A stretch of DNA of 53,764 nt from Pseudomonadota bacterium (GCA_040384945.1 JAZKII010000004.1:12654-66417), one strand, 5' to 3'. Shown: positions 35,196-45,097, counted from the stretch's first letter. Made by a program: numbers and translations. Notes: a model not told the origin generated them from the sequence alone.

Positions 35196-38180
35196 ATGAA
35201 AATTAAATTTGATCCTTCGCAAGCGCACCAAAGAAGAGCTTGGGAAGCAGCTTGCGGAGTTTTTGAAGGGCAAGAGTTAAATAAAACAGTTTTCTCAATG
35301 CCGTCGTTTAAACCAGTTGGCGGACTTGATAAGATTATGACATCAAACCAAACCGATAAAGGTTATGGCAATCGCTTGAAGCTCATTGATGAAGAGATTT
35401 TAGAAAATGTAAGAAATATCCAGCTTAAGAATGGTATCAAACAATCAGAAAAACTGAATGGTCGAAATCTTACAATTGAGATGGAGACCGGGACGGGAAA
35501 AACATATGTTTACCTGCGTTCTATCTTAGAGATGAACAAGCTTTATGGCTTTACCAAGTTTATCATAGTTGTACCAAGTATTGCGATTAAGGAGGGTGTT
35601 TTGAAATCGCTACAAATGATGGAAGGTCACTTCAGAGCGCTTTATGAGAATCTGCCGTTTGATTATTTTGTGTATGATTCTGGAAGGCTTGAACAAGTAA
35701 GAAGCTTTGCCTCTAATGACTATCTGCAAATTATGGTCATAAATATTGATGCTTTTAAAAAAAGTTTTGCAGATCCAACAAAAGAGCAAACTGCTAACAT
35801 CATTCACCGTTGGAATGATAAAATGCAGGGAGTGCCGATTGATTTTATTAAATCTACCAGTCCGATTGTTATAATTGATGAACCTCAAAGTGTTGATACC
35901 ACAACAAAATCTTCTGAGGCAATTTCTTCTCTTAATCCACTTTGTACTTTTCGTTATTCGGCAACTCATGTTGAGAAACATGCCATGCTTTATAAGTTAG
36001 ATTCAATTGATGCTTATGATCAGAAGTTAGTTAAGCAAATTGAGGTTGCTTCAATTGATGTTTTAGATGGGCACAACAAGGCTTATATTAAGCTTCTGGC
36101 TGTTGATAATAAAAACGGACACAAGGCAAAAATTGAATTAGATATTCAACAAAAAAGCCAAGTTAAGCGTGATGTAAAATGGGTGAAGCAAGGTGATGAT
36201 CTTTTAACAATTTCCGGCGGAAGATCGATATATGATGGCTATGTTATCAATGATATTTACTGCGAAGAGGAAAATGAATATATCGATTTTACCAGCAAGC
36301 CGGAAGTAATCAGACTTAATGCTGCAATTGGTGACGCAGGGCAAGATGAGTATAAGACTCTTCAAATCAGAAAAACTATTGAAGAGCATTTAGATAAAGA
36401 GCTGAAGCTGAATCCTCTGGGAATTAAGGTTCTGAGCCTTTTCTTTATTGATAAAGTTTCAAACTATCGCAGCTATGACCAGCAAGGTTTAGTCGTGAAG
36501 GGTAAGTATGCGATTATATTCGAAGAAGAATATGCTAAGGCCATTAAGAAGCCGAAATATCATACTCTGTTTAAAGAAGTCGATATTGCATCTTTGCCAG
36601 AAGTTGTTCATGACGGATATTTTTCTCAAGATAAAGGAAGAGCTAAAGATACCAGTGGATCCACAAAGGCAGATGAAGATACATATAGCTTAATCATGAA
36701 GGATAAAGAGAAGCTTTTAAGCTTTGACTCAAAGCTTAAATTTATTTTCTCACATTCTGCATTGAAAGAAGGTTGGGACAATCCAAATGTTTTCCAGATT
36801 TGTACTTTAAACGAAACTCAATCTGTAATTAAAAAAAGACAGGAAATTGGGCGTGGTTTGAGAATTTGCGTTAATCAAAATGGTGAAAGAGTTCAGGGTT
36901 TTGATGTTAACATTCTAACCGTTATGGCAAATGAATCTTACGAATCTTTCGTTGAGGCTTTGCAAAAAGAGATAGAACTAGAAGAAGGAATTCGCTTTAA
37001 CATGGTGGAAGAGCATAGCTTTGCCAATGTTATTTATAGGGATGAATCTGGATTGGATAAATTTTTTGGAACTAAAAATTCTGAAATGGTTTATCAACAT
37101 TTATTAGCTCAGAAATATGTTGATCAAAGAGGTAAAGTTACTGATGAGTTAAAAAAAGCTATCAAGACCAACAGTGTTACTCTTCCAACAGAGTTTGAGC
37201 TACAATATAATCAGATATCCACAGTTTTGAGAAAAATAACTGGCGGATTAAATATCAAAAATAACGACGATAAAAGGTTTGTTCGTCTGAATAAGGCGGT
37301 TTTTGAAAGTCCGGATTTTAAAGATTTATGGGAAAGAATTAAATTTAAGACAACCTATCAAGTTGAGTTTGATCCGCAAAAGCTGATCAATAAATGCGCT
37401 GAATCAATTAAAAGAAATTTAATTGTTGGAAAAACCAAGTTTACCTACTCAAAAGCTAGTGCAGAAATTTCTCGAGGTGGTGTTGAAGCTAAAGAAACTG
37501 CTACCAGCTCCTTTGTTTACGACGCGAAGGATTATCAAATTCCCGATATTTTAAGTTATCTTCAAAACGAAACGAACCTCAAAAGACAGTCAATTCTTGA
37601 TATTTTGGTTAAGTCAGAACGCTTGAATAGCTTTAAAGACAATCCTCAGAAGTTTATCGACGAAGTAAGAAATATTATAAAGCTTGAGATGCAGCAATTC
37701 ATAGTTGATGGCATTAAGTATCAGAAGATTGGTGATCAGCATTTTTATGCCCAAGAGATGTTTCAAACCGAAGAGTTAGTTGGATATCTTAACAAGAATA
37801 TGATCGAAAGTGGACGATCTGTCTATGACCATGTAGTTTATGATTCCGAAGTTGAATCAAGTTTGGCGCAAGATTTTGAAAAAAATGAACAAGTAAAAGT
37901 TTACGCTAAATTGCCAGGATGGTTCAAGATTGATACTCCTCTTGGTTCCTACAATCCAGATTGGGCAGTTTTGTTTGAGTTGGATGGTGAAGAGAGGCTT
38001 TATTTTGTGGTGGAAAGCAAAGGATCAACTCTGGAAGGAATGTTGCGAGATAGTGAAAAGGCTAAAATTGAATGTGGGAAGAGGCATTTCGAGGCTTTGG
38101 AAACAGGGATTAAATATGTTTTGGCGAATAACTTTAATTCGTTTTTAGATCAAGCTGCTAAGGGAGATGTGAATGGTTGA
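35196..38180 (+). CDS. res: Type III RM restriction subunit Res
   Basis: EMETGTGKT, IIDEPQ, RYSATH, ALKEGWDNPNVFQ, QEIGRGLR, YNPDWA..VVESKG. Confidence 0.96.
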   Translation: MKIKFDPSQAHQRRAWEAACGVFEGQELNKTVFSMPSFKPVGGLDKIMTSNQTDKGYGNRLKLIDEEILENVRNIQLKNGIKQSEKLNGRNLTIEMETGTGKTYVYLRSILEMNKLYGFTKFIIVVPSIAIKEGVLKSLQMMEGHFRALYENLPFDYFVYDSGRLEQVRSFASNDYLQIMVINIDAFKKSFADPTKEQTANIIHRWNDKMQGVPIDFIKSTSPIVIIDEPQSVDTTTKSSEAISSLNPLCTFRYSATHVEKHAMLYKLDSIDAYDQKLVKQIEVASIDVLDGHNKAYIKLLAVDNKNGHKAKIELDIQQKSQVKRDVKWVKQGDDLLTISGGRSIYDGYVINDIYCEEENEYIDFTSKPEVIRLNAAIGDAGQDEYKTLQIRKTIEEHLDKELKLNPLGIKVLSLFFIDKVSNYRSYDQQGLVVKGKYAIIFEEEYAKAIKKPKYHTLFKEVDIASLPEVVHDGYFSQDKGRAKDTSGSTKADEDTYSLIMKDKEKLLSFDSKLKFIFSHSALKEGWDNPNVFQICTLNETQSVIKKRQEIGRGLRICVNQNGERVQGFDVNILTVMANESYESFVEALQKEIELEEGIRFNMVEEHSFANVIYRDESGLDKFFGTKNSEMVYQHLLAQKYVDQRGKVTDELKKAIKTNSVTLPTEFELQYNQISTVLRKITGGLNIKNNDDKRFVRLNKAVFESPDFKDLWERIKFKTTYQVEFDPQKLINKCAESIKRNLIVGKTKFTYSKASAEISRGGVEAKETATSSFVYDAKDYQIPDILSYLQNETNLKRQSILDILVKSERLNSFKDNPQKFIDEVRNIIKLEMQQFIVDGIKYQKIGDQHFYAQEMFQTEELVGYLNKNMIESGRSVYDHVVYDSEVESSLAQDFEKNEQVKVYAKLPGWFKIDTPLGSYNPDWAVLFELDGEERLYFVVESKGSTLEGMLRDSEKAKIECGKRHFEALETGIKYVLANNFNSFLDQAAKGDVNG

Positions 38181-40479
38181 GAAAATCAGTATTTTAAAAA
38201 ATATAGGGCAATTTGATAACGCTGTAATTGGTCAACCAATTGAGTTAAATAAACTCTCTCTGATTTATGCTGAGAATGGTCGAGGAAAAACAACTCTTGC
38301 AAACATACTTCGTTCTTTGAGTGAAAATAACCCTACTTTAGTTCAGGAAAGACAGCGTTTGAAAGCTATAGATTCCCCACATATTGCGATTCAAGCAGAT
38401 GGGAAATCTTTTACTTTCCAGAATGGAGCATGGATTGTTCATATTCCTAATATCGCTATATTTGATGATAATTTTGTAGCACAGAATGTTTGCTCAGGGA
38501 TAGAAGTTGATTCTGAACATAGACAAAATCTTCATGAATTGATCATTGGTGCGCAAGGTGTTTCTCTAAGTAAAGCTTTGCAAGATGAGGTTGTTAAAAT
38601 TGAAGATCATAACCGATCTATTAGAGAGAAAGAAGCTGCAATTCCTATCTCTGTTAGAGGTTCATTAACTGTTGATGCCTTTTGCTCTTTAAAGCCAAAT
38701 CCTGATTTAGAAAATTCTATTCAAGAAATGCAGCGTAGTCTTGAAGCGGCTAAATCTTCTGACGCTATTAAACAACGGTCTGATTTTAAAACTGTTACAC
38801 TACCTTCATTTGATCTTGAGGAGATTAGCAACCTTTTGCAGTTAGATCTTCCTGATTTACAGAAAGAGGCAGCTATAAAAGTTCAGCAGCATTTGACAAA
38901 ATTAGGTAAGAAGTCTGAAGAATGGGTTGGGGATGGTATGGATATGATTGCATCCATTTCTGAGAATGGCCGTGAAATATGTCCTTTTTGCACTCAAGAT
39001 TTAAAAAATTCTGAGATAATTATTCATTATCAAGGTTATTTCAGCAAGGCATATGCAGCTTTAAAGAAAAGCATCATTGATTTAGGAAAGAAAATTTCTT
39101 CTGCTCATAGTGTAGATATACAGACAGCATTTGAACGCTCTATCCAAAGTTTGCAGCAAGATATAATATTTTGGCAAAAATTTACGGATATACCGAAAGT
39201 TGATATTGATACAGTTGAAATTGCTCGTGCTTGGAAGGCTGTTCGGGAGCCAGTGTTAACTATCTTAAGAAATAAAGCTGCTTCTCCTCTAGAGAAAATT
39301 AGTTTGTCTGCTGAGATATTAGAAGTCTTATCCGTATATGAAAATCACAGACAGAAAATAGCAGATCTTTCTCAGACGCTTCAGGATTATTACTCAAGAA
39401 TTGCCTCAATTAAAGAACAAGCTGAAGGTGCAAATGTTGCAGCCATTAATGCTGATTTATCAAATCTTAAACTTATACAAGTTCGATATAGCTCAGAAGT
39501 AGCACCACACTGCAAATCGTATCAAGATGAAAAAGAAGCAAAGAAAATAACTGAAAAGAGACGCGATAAGGCGCGACAAGATTTAGATTCTTATCGTCTA
39601 ACTATTTTTAAAACATATGAGGCAGCGATAAATAGTTACCTTCATCAATTTATAGCTGGTTTTCGTTTGCATAGTATGGCATCTCAGAATACTAGAGGAG
39701 GAACTTCTTGTACCTACAATGTTTTGATAAATGAGACTTCTGTGCCAGTAAGTTCTGAGTCAGGTCCGTCATTCAAAAATACCCTAAGTGCTGGTGATAG
39801 AAATACTTTAGCATTAGCATTTTTCTTTGCTTCTCTAGATAAAGATCCAAGCCTTACTCAAAAGATTGTAGTTATTGATGATCCTATGACAAGTCTGGAT
39901 GAGCATCGATCTCTGGCTACGATAAATGAGATAATAAAACTAGCTGGTCGTGTAAAACAGGTTATTGTATTATCACATACCAAGCCTTTTTTATGCAAAC
40001 TCTGGGACGATGCAAAAAAGAAAATAAAAAATATTCCAAGAAGCTCTCTACATATTATTCGCTCCGGTAACTCATCTGTAATTGAATTGTGGGATATTGA
40101 GAGAGATCGTATTACTGAACATGACAAGCGTCACGAACTTGTATCTTCCTACATCTTAGCTGGACCTGCGGATCCTAATAAGCAAAGTGAAGTTGCTGTA
40201 GCCTTACGACCAATGATTGAGGCATTTCTACGAGTTTCATATCCTGCATATTTTCCGCCAGGAAGTATGCTTGGTCCATTTCATGAAAAATGTTTAAATT
40301 CTCTGAAAAATGGTTCTGCTATTTTGGGTCAATTAGATACTAATGAATTAAAGTTATTGATAGAATACGCTAACCATTTTCATCACGATTCTAATCCTGC
40401 CTATGCAACAGAAATCATTAATGACCAAACTTTGCTAGACTACTGTAAGCGAGTTATATCTTTTACAAGTAGAAGTTAA
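38173..40479 (+). CDS. RloC-like ABC/SMC ATPase with a C-terminal HEPN-like domain (putative anticodon nuclease)
   Basis: YAENGRGKT, zinc-hook CPFC, coiled coils, LSAGD, VVIDDPMTSLD, LSH, C-terminal LRPMIEAFL..ANHFHH. Confidence 0.8.
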   Translation: MVEKISILKNIGQFDNAVIGQPIELNKLSLIYAENGRGKTTLANILRSLSENNPTLVQERQRLKAIDSPHIAIQADGKSFTFQNGAWIVHIPNIAIFDDNFVAQNVCSGIEVDSEHRQNLHELIIGAQGVSLSKALQDEVVKIEDHNRSIREKEAAIPISVRGSLTVDAFCSLKPNPDLENSIQEMQRSLEAAKSSDAIKQRSDFKTVTLPSFDLEEISNLLQLDLPDLQKEAAIKVQQHLTKLGKKSEEWVGDGMDMIASISENGREICPFCTQDLKNSEIIIHYQGYFSKAYAALKKSIIDLGKKISSAHSVDIQTAFERSIQSLQQDIIFWQKFTDIPKVDIDTVEIARAWKAVREPVLTILRNKAASPLEKISLSAEILEVLSVYENHRQKIADLSQTLQDYYSRIASIKEQAEGANVAAINADLSNLKLIQVRYSSEVAPHCKSYQDEKEAKKITEKRRDKARQDLDSYRLTIFKTYEAAINSYLHQFIAGFRLHSMASQNTRGGTSCTYNVLINETSVPVSSESGPSFKNTLSAGDRNTLALAFFFASLDKDPSLTQKIVVIDDPMTSLDEHRSLATINEIIKLAGRVKQVIVLSHTKPFLCKLWDDAKKKIKNIPRSSLHIIRSGNSSVIELWDIERDRITEHDKRHELVSSYILAGPADPNKQSEVAVALRPMIEAFLRVSYPAYFPPGSMLGPFHEKCLNSLKNGSAILGQLDTNELKLLIEYANHFHHDSNPAYATEIINDQTLLDYCKRVISFTSRS

Positions 40480-40488
40480 AGCGTAGGT

Positions 40489-40518
40489 TACCGCCACCAA
40501 CCTAAATTGATGGCGGTA
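40489..40518. terminator. Hairpin between convergent genes
   Basis: TACCGCCACCAA-CCTAAA-TTGATGGCGGTA. Confidence 0.7.
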
Positions 40519-40529
40519 CATTTTGAGTT

Positions 40530-40829
40530 TTACTCCAGCTCAGTCATGCCAAATTCTCGGCGCATTTCATTTATTTCAGACCTGAATTTTCCAAATTGTT
40601 CGTCGGTCATCTGATGTTCGCTGATAAACTGAATGTAAGCGGCAATAGTGACGATAAGCTTCATTACTCTTTCCTCAAATAGTTTACTTCTCTCCGGTCT
40701 TTTTTCAAAAATTCTTTTCCGCATAAAGTCAGAAAGCGTTAAGCCTTCCTCGTTAGCTTTCTTCATGATAAATTCATATTCTGGTTTGCTAAATTTAACC
40801 GAGAGCATCTGATTTCTTAGTTCTTTCAT
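40530..40829 (-). CDS. MobC-like ribbon-helix-helix protein
   Basis: LSVKFSKPEYEFIMKKANEEGLTLSDFMRKRI. Confidence 0.7.
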   Translation of the reverse strand: MKELRNQMLSVKFSKPEYEFIMKKANEEGLTLSDFMRKRIFEKRPERSKLFEERVMKLIVTIAAYIQFISEHQMTDEQFGKFRSEINEMRREFGMTELE

Positions 40830-40880
40830 AGTTTGTAAATTTTGTTTGTTAAAATTTGATATTGATTTGTGTGGCTGCCT

Positions 40881-41081
40881 CTATGGCTTAAAGGCATCAA
40901 GAAACTTTTTGACATCATGAATGCAAAAGCCGGATGCGCGGCTTCCGTTAATTTTGGTAGGCTTGGGAAACTTATTTTGTTTGATCCAAGAATAGATGGT
41001 CGATTTGCTGACGGGGATAATTTTTAGCAAATCTTTAAGCCGGATGAATCCAACATCTGGCAGGGTGGTTTGGTTTGTCAT
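40881..41081 (-). CDS. alpA: AlpA family regulator / recombination directionality factor
   Basis: FIRLKDL..VSKSTIYSWIKQNKFPKP. Confidence 0.88.
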   Translation of the reverse strand: MTNQTTLPDVGFIRLKDLLKIIPVSKSTIYSWIKQNKFPKPTKINGSRASGFCIHDVKKFLDAFKP

Positions 41082-41089
41082 GTTTAGAG

Positions 41090-41138
41090 TTTATTAGTTT
41101 TTGAAAGAACTCGCGCGGAGTTTTCAAAAACTAATAAA
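41090..41138. promoter_or_regulatory. Long hairpin immediately upstream of the alpA start
   Basis: TTTATTAGTTTTTGAA pairs perfectly with TTCAAAAACTAATAAA; inner AACTC/GAGTT; loop GCGCG. Confidence 0.65.
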
Positions 41139-41188
41139 ACTTTAGGTCTTTATTTTGGCTAGTTCGTCGATTCGTAGTTACTAGTAAA

Positions 41189-42250
41189 TCAGGAATTTTC
41201 TTTTAAAAGCCAGCGACGCACTCGGTCTGGAATGCTGTTTTCTGTAAGCTGCAGTGATCTTTCTAAGATTTTTAGTTTTTCTTCTTCGCCTAGATTTATT
41301 ATTTCGTCTTTCAATTTTTTTATCACAGCGTTGCTTTCAATTTGATCGCGCTTCTTGGCCGCTCCAAATATTGCTGCGGATATTGCTTTGTGCAAAGCTT
41401 CTGGTTCAGAAATTTTGCACTTTTGCCAGAAAAACGCCAAGGCTTCATTTTCTTGTCTTCTTGCCATATTTGTTTTTTCGCAGCCTTTTCTCTGAGTTTT
41501 TTTAATCATGTCTTTTCTGCTCAGGCTGGCAAAAAATTGCATCGCTTCAGATTCTTTATGAACAAACATTGGGTTAAGATAGTGATAGGCGCGATAGCAA
41601 TTTAGGCACTCTTTGTAGCTGGAAATTATATCAAGATTTAGAAATGAAACCAAATCTGCGTCCAGATTTTTAGGATCTTGAATCAAGTGAATATCAATTC
41701 CGTTTTGGCGGATCACCTTCACAAAACCATCTAGTTTGCTCATCAAAATTTCTAGCTTCACCCAAAGCAGAATTAGAAAGAGATAGCTGTAATTGTATTT
41801 TTTGCTGTCAAAGCCGGTCTTGTTAAGAAATTCAATAAAAGCTCCAATTCTTTTGCCTTCGGCAAAAAAACGTATGTCGTTTCTGGTGCGCGATTCGTAA
41901 AGATTACCGTCTCTTTGGCAGAGATTTTGGTGATTGGTTAATCTTTCCATAAAGTCTTGTAAAAGCTCATACGAGAAGAAGTCGCCGTTTGATATAATAT
42001 TGCGCTTTTGTTCAATGGACTCGAGATAGTTTGAGTAGCAAATCGCTTGATAAATGGATTTGATCAAATTTTCGTCACCCATTTCTTGCAGAGTTTTCTG
42101 GGTGAAGCGAATTTCAACGTCGATAGTTTTTAAAAGGCTTAGTTGGTTTTCAAAATTGAATTGGTGATTAAGTGGAGTTCTTTCAAAAATCTTATGAAGA
42201 TTGGATCCGTGATTTTTTAAAAAGTTTTCCATGGTGAATATAGGTGACAT
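41189..42250 (-). CDS. Hypothetical protein between integrase and alpA
   Basis: 353-aa open frame co-oriented with int/alpA; no family recognised. Confidence 0.7.
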   Translation of the reverse strand: MSPIFTMENFLKNHGSNLHKIFERTPLNHQFNFENQLSLLKTIDVEIRFTQKTLQEMGDENLIKSIYQAICYSNYLESIEQKRNIISNGDFFSYELLQDFMERLTNHQNLCQRDGNLYESRTRNDIRFFAEGKRIGAFIEFLNKTGFDSKKYNYSYLFLILLWVKLEILMSKLDGFVKVIRQNGIDIHLIQDPKNLDADLVSFLNLDIISSYKECLNCYRAYHYLNPMFVHKESEAMQFFASLSRKDMIKKTQRKGCEKTNMARRQENEALAFFWQKCKISEPEALHKAISAAIFGAAKKRDQIESNAVIKKLKDEIINLGEEEKLKILERSLQLTENSIPDRVRRWLLKENS

Positions 42251-42345
42251 AAGTTGCTGTCTTTGTGTTGATAAAGTTTTGCAAAATCATGTGGCACAAA
42301 AACCTTGCAAAAAATGAGTTATACATTGATGGCTTCGCTGGTTTG

Positions 42346-43539
42346 TTATTCTTTGACCTTATCCAAATAGTCCGCCCACCACTGCATCATGGTTGTGCGT
42401 TGAGTCAGATATTCCGCCTTGTTGTAAGTACCACGAATTTTGTTTTCTTCAATATGAGAAAGTTGGCGCTCAACCCAGTCACCTTTAAAACCATTTTCGT
42501 TTAGGATAGTTGAACCTAAGTGCCGCACGCCGTGTGGAGTCATTTTTCCTTCGCTGAATTTTTTCATCATCTTGATCATCGAAACATCAGACATCGGGCG
42601 TTTGGTGCTGATGGCGCTTGGAAATAGCACTTCATAATTTCTGCTTATGTTTTGGATAGTCTTTAAAACTTCGATTGCTTGTGTTGAAAGTGGCACAAGG
42701 TGTTCACGCCTCATCTTCATGCGTTCTTGCGGAATGTGCCAAAGTTTTGCTTTGAGATTAAATTCTTCCCATCTGGCTTGTCGAACTTCGCCGGGTCTTT
42801 GCAAAGTCAGCAGCAGCAATTTAATTGAAAGAGCACTGAGGTTGAGCTTGTCGTACGAGTAAAGGTTGTGCAGAAAATCTGGCAGCTCTTTGTCTTTGAT
42901 ATGTTTGCGGTTTTGTTGTGTGTGCTGTCCTAAAATTCTGGCGCGTCCCAAGGCGGGATTTTCACTGCAAAGCGAAGACGAAATCGCATATTCAAAAATC
43001 TCAACGCAATATTGATTAATTCTTTGTGCAACCGTGATTGATCCGCGGCTTTCGATATCTTGTAAAATTTTAACAATGTGAGCGGCGCTGATTTCTTTGA
43101 TAGAAATATCACCAATCACCGGAAATACATCTTTTTCTAAACGGCTTTTGATATTCTTAGCATGTTTATCAGTCCAGTTCTGGCGGGTATACCAATCCTC
43201 TGCGATTAGGCGGAATGTATTTTTTGAAGTGGTAATGTTGCGCTGTCTTTTACTTTTCTTATTTTGGTTTGGGTTGATGCCATCTTTTAACGACTCTTTT
43301 ATTTCATTTCTAATCGCTCTCGCTTGAGCAGAGCCGATCTTTGGCGATTCAGTTCCATACTCGCCTATGGTGAAGATATTGTTCTTACCATCAAATTTAT
43401 ACGGCAATTGCCAAACCTTTTTACCACTCGGTCTTACGAGAAGCCTTAAGTTCCCATCATCAAACAGGAAATATTTTTTGTCTTTTGGTTTAGCTTCTCT
43501 GATTTCTCGATCAGTAAGTTTGCGATTAATCTTAGGCAT
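42346..43539 (-). CDS. P4-type tyrosine integrase with arm-binding domain
   Basis: KLTDREI..DDGNLRLLV..GKK N-domain; catalytic LQRPGE, MKMR, PHGVRH, QLSH, GTYN; start ATG 43539. Confidence 0.96.
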   Translation of the reverse strand: MPKINRKLTDREIREAKPKDKKYFLFDDGNLRLLVRPSGKKVWQLPYKFDGKNNIFTIGEYGTESPKIGSAQARAIRNEIKESLKDGINPNQNKKSKRQRNITTSKNTFRLIAEDWYTRQNWTDKHAKNIKSRLEKDVFPVIGDISIKEISAAHIVKILQDIESRGSITVAQRINQYCVEIFEYAISSSLCSENPALGRARILGQHTQQNRKHIKDKELPDFLHNLYSYDKLNLSALSIKLLLLTLQRPGEVRQARWEEFNLKAKLWHIPQERMKMRREHLVPLSTQAIEVLKTIQNISRNYEVLFPSAISTKRPMSDVSMIKMMKKFSEGKMTPHGVRHLGSTILNENGFKGDWVERQLSHIEENKIRGTYNKAEYLTQRTTMMQWWADYLDKVKE

Positions 43540-43562
43540 TTTTTCATGTATAAGTTTTTGGA

Positions 43563-43598
43563 TGTACAATTTTGTACATTACTTTGTACATGAAAAAA
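43563..43598 (+). promoter_or_regulatory. Putative integrase arm-type sites (right end)
   Basis: TGTACA at 43563, TTTGTACAT at 43571 and 43583, then GAAAAAA. Confidence 0.7.
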
Positions 43599-43707
43599 AT
43601 CTAGATTTTACTAAACTTGGCTGGATTTCTTTGGACTAAGGAAGCGGTCTGGAGCCTTTAGAATCAAGGCTTAGATGGACTTAAAAAAACTTTACTGGAA
43701 TGGGAAG

Positions 43708-43784
43708 TGGTTGCGGGGGCTGGATTTGAACCAACGACCTTCAGGTTATGAGCCTGACAAGCTACCGGGCTGCTCTACCCCGCG
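43708..43784 (-). tRNA. tRNA-fMet (CAT), integration target
   Basis: CGCGGGGTAGAGCAGCCCGGTAGCTTGTCAGGCTCATAACCTGAAGGTCGTTGGTTCAAATCCAGCCCCCGCAACCA; C1:A72 mismatch of initiator tRNAs; encoded CCA. Confidence 0.97.
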
Positions 43785-43819
43785 ATATGACAAAAAGTGA
43801 AAGAACCTTTTTTTGAAGA

Positions 43820-43855
43820 GGGGCGCAACTTAGAGAGGGTGAAACGTAAATGCAA
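43820..43855 (-). promoter_or_regulatory. Sigma70-type promoter of tRNA-fMet
   Basis: TTGCAT-17 bp-TAAGTT followed by GC-rich discriminator GCGCCCC. Confidence 0.7.
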
Positions 43856-43912
43856 GTTACAAAATCGTCCTACATCAATTATTTTTCAAAATCATCTCGC
43901 ATCAATTACAAG

Positions 43913-45097
43913 TTACAAAATTGATTCAACGTCAATTATTTTTTCGATGCGGCGCAGCTTGGAAACATCGGACTCGTCGAGGAAATAATTTTGGGGTAAT
44001 TCGACTTTGATAATTTTTTTATCGGCGGCGATGACCAAAAAAACTTTGGTGAATTTTTCGCTGTTGATTGGTGCGGGATATTGGGAGAGAAAAGATTTGA
44101 TGCTGAAAAGTGGGTCGCGGTTTTTGATTATTATTTCAACTTTTGACAGAACTTTTTTTACAATTACTGGTTCACTTTGTTGTTGAGAAATTGGGGCTTT
44201 AGATTCGCCAGATGGGGCAGGGCGTTGATTATAGCCGCCACCATTATTGCCGTTGCGATTATAATTATTGCGCGCTGGTTGTTTTTTTATGTCTTCAAAA
44301 TCCTTGTCCTGGGCTTTGGTATTTTGAATAAATTCTTCGAGTTTTTTTACTTCGCGAATTAAAATTCTAACACCGCCATCATCTTTTTTAATCAGGCATT
44401 CCAGCGCGATAACGCTGCCATCAATTAAAATATCGCGGGCGGAAGTGATTAAAGCTTCATCAAAAATCATCGCTTCGAAAATTCCGTAAGGATCGGAAAT
44501 TGTCATGTAAGCGAAGCGTCCGCGTGGGCCGGAGCGATGTTTACTTCCGGCGACAACGCCGGCCATTTTTACTAAATTATTATCTTCAAGTTCATCGCGT
44601 TCGAGTTTGTCGGAAAAAATTACGCCGCGTTTTTTTAACTCGGAAACATTGTCGTCCAGCGGGTGTTCATTTAAGAAATATCCGAAGGCTTCGAACTCTT
44701 TTTGCAGGCGTTCGATTTTTGTCCAATCTTCAGTTTTCTTTAATTCAGGTTTGGCGTTAGCTTCTGGAAGGCCGCCAAATAAGCTCATTTGGTTGGAATT
44801 TGCGGCTTCGGTTTTTTGAGCAGAGTAGGCGGAAAGTATTTCAAAAGATTCTGCAACCTGGCGGCGGTTTTTTTGCAAGTCTTGAAATGCGCCGGCTTTG
44901 GCTAAGGCTTCGATTGATTTTTTATTGATTGAACGCGGGTCAAGGCGTTCGGCGAAATCGTAAATATCGGCAAATTTTCCGTTGACTTCACGTTCTTTAA
45001 TTGCAGTTTCCATCATCCCAAAACCAACCGCTTTAATAGCGCCGAGACCGAAGCGGATCGCAAATTTTTCTTGTGTGTTTTGATGGTCTTGCGACAT
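43913..45097 (-). CDS. dnaE: DNA polymerase III alpha subunit, C-terminal part only (HhH, clamp motif, OB fold, CTD)
   Basis: AIRFGLGAIKAVG, LAKAGAF, QMSLFG, EFEAFGYFLNEHPL, OB-fold ISDPYGIFEAMIF. No PHP or palm domain; in-frame stop at 45119-45121 upstream. Confidence 0.9.
   Translation of the reverse strand: MSQDHQNTQEKFAIRFGLGAIKAVGFGMMETAIKEREVNGKFADIYDFAERLDPRSINKKSIEALAKAGAFQDLQKNRRQVAESFEILSAYSAQKTEAANSNQMSLFGGLPEANAKPELKKTEDWTKIERLQKEFEAFGYFLNEHPLDDNVSELKKRGVIFSDKLERDELEDNNLVKMAGVVAGSKHRSGPRGRFAYMTISDPYGIFEAMIFDEALITSARDILIDGSVIALECLIKKDDGGVRILIREVKKLEEFIQNTKAQDKDFEDIKKQPARNNYNRNGNNGGGYNQRPAPSGESKAPISQQQSEPVIVKKVLSKVEIIIKNRDPLFSIKSFLSQYPAPINSEKFTKVFLVIAADKKIIKVELPQNYFLDESDVSKLRRIEKIIDVESIL

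Larger units (their letters stand above)
19023..43730. mobile_element. ~24.7 kb integrative defence island at tRNA-fMet (P4-type integrase)
   Basis: Exact 23-bp direct repeat TGGTTGCGGGGGCTGGATTTGAA at both ends; integrase next to the tRNA; shared arm-type repeats inside both ends. Confidence 0.93.

Noticed and set aside
43735-43760. A-U pair replacing the first of the three G-C anticodon-stem pairs in tRNA-fMet
   Set aside because: Known variant of alphaproteobacterial initiator tRNAs; useful as a taxonomic hint, not novel
45074-45097. MSQDHQN-T at the dnaE-C start as a miniature split-intein C-fragment
   Set aside because: It has Asn-Thr but lacks the hydrophobic strand and penultimate His of intein block G, and the site is a variable loop rather than a conserved intein insertion point
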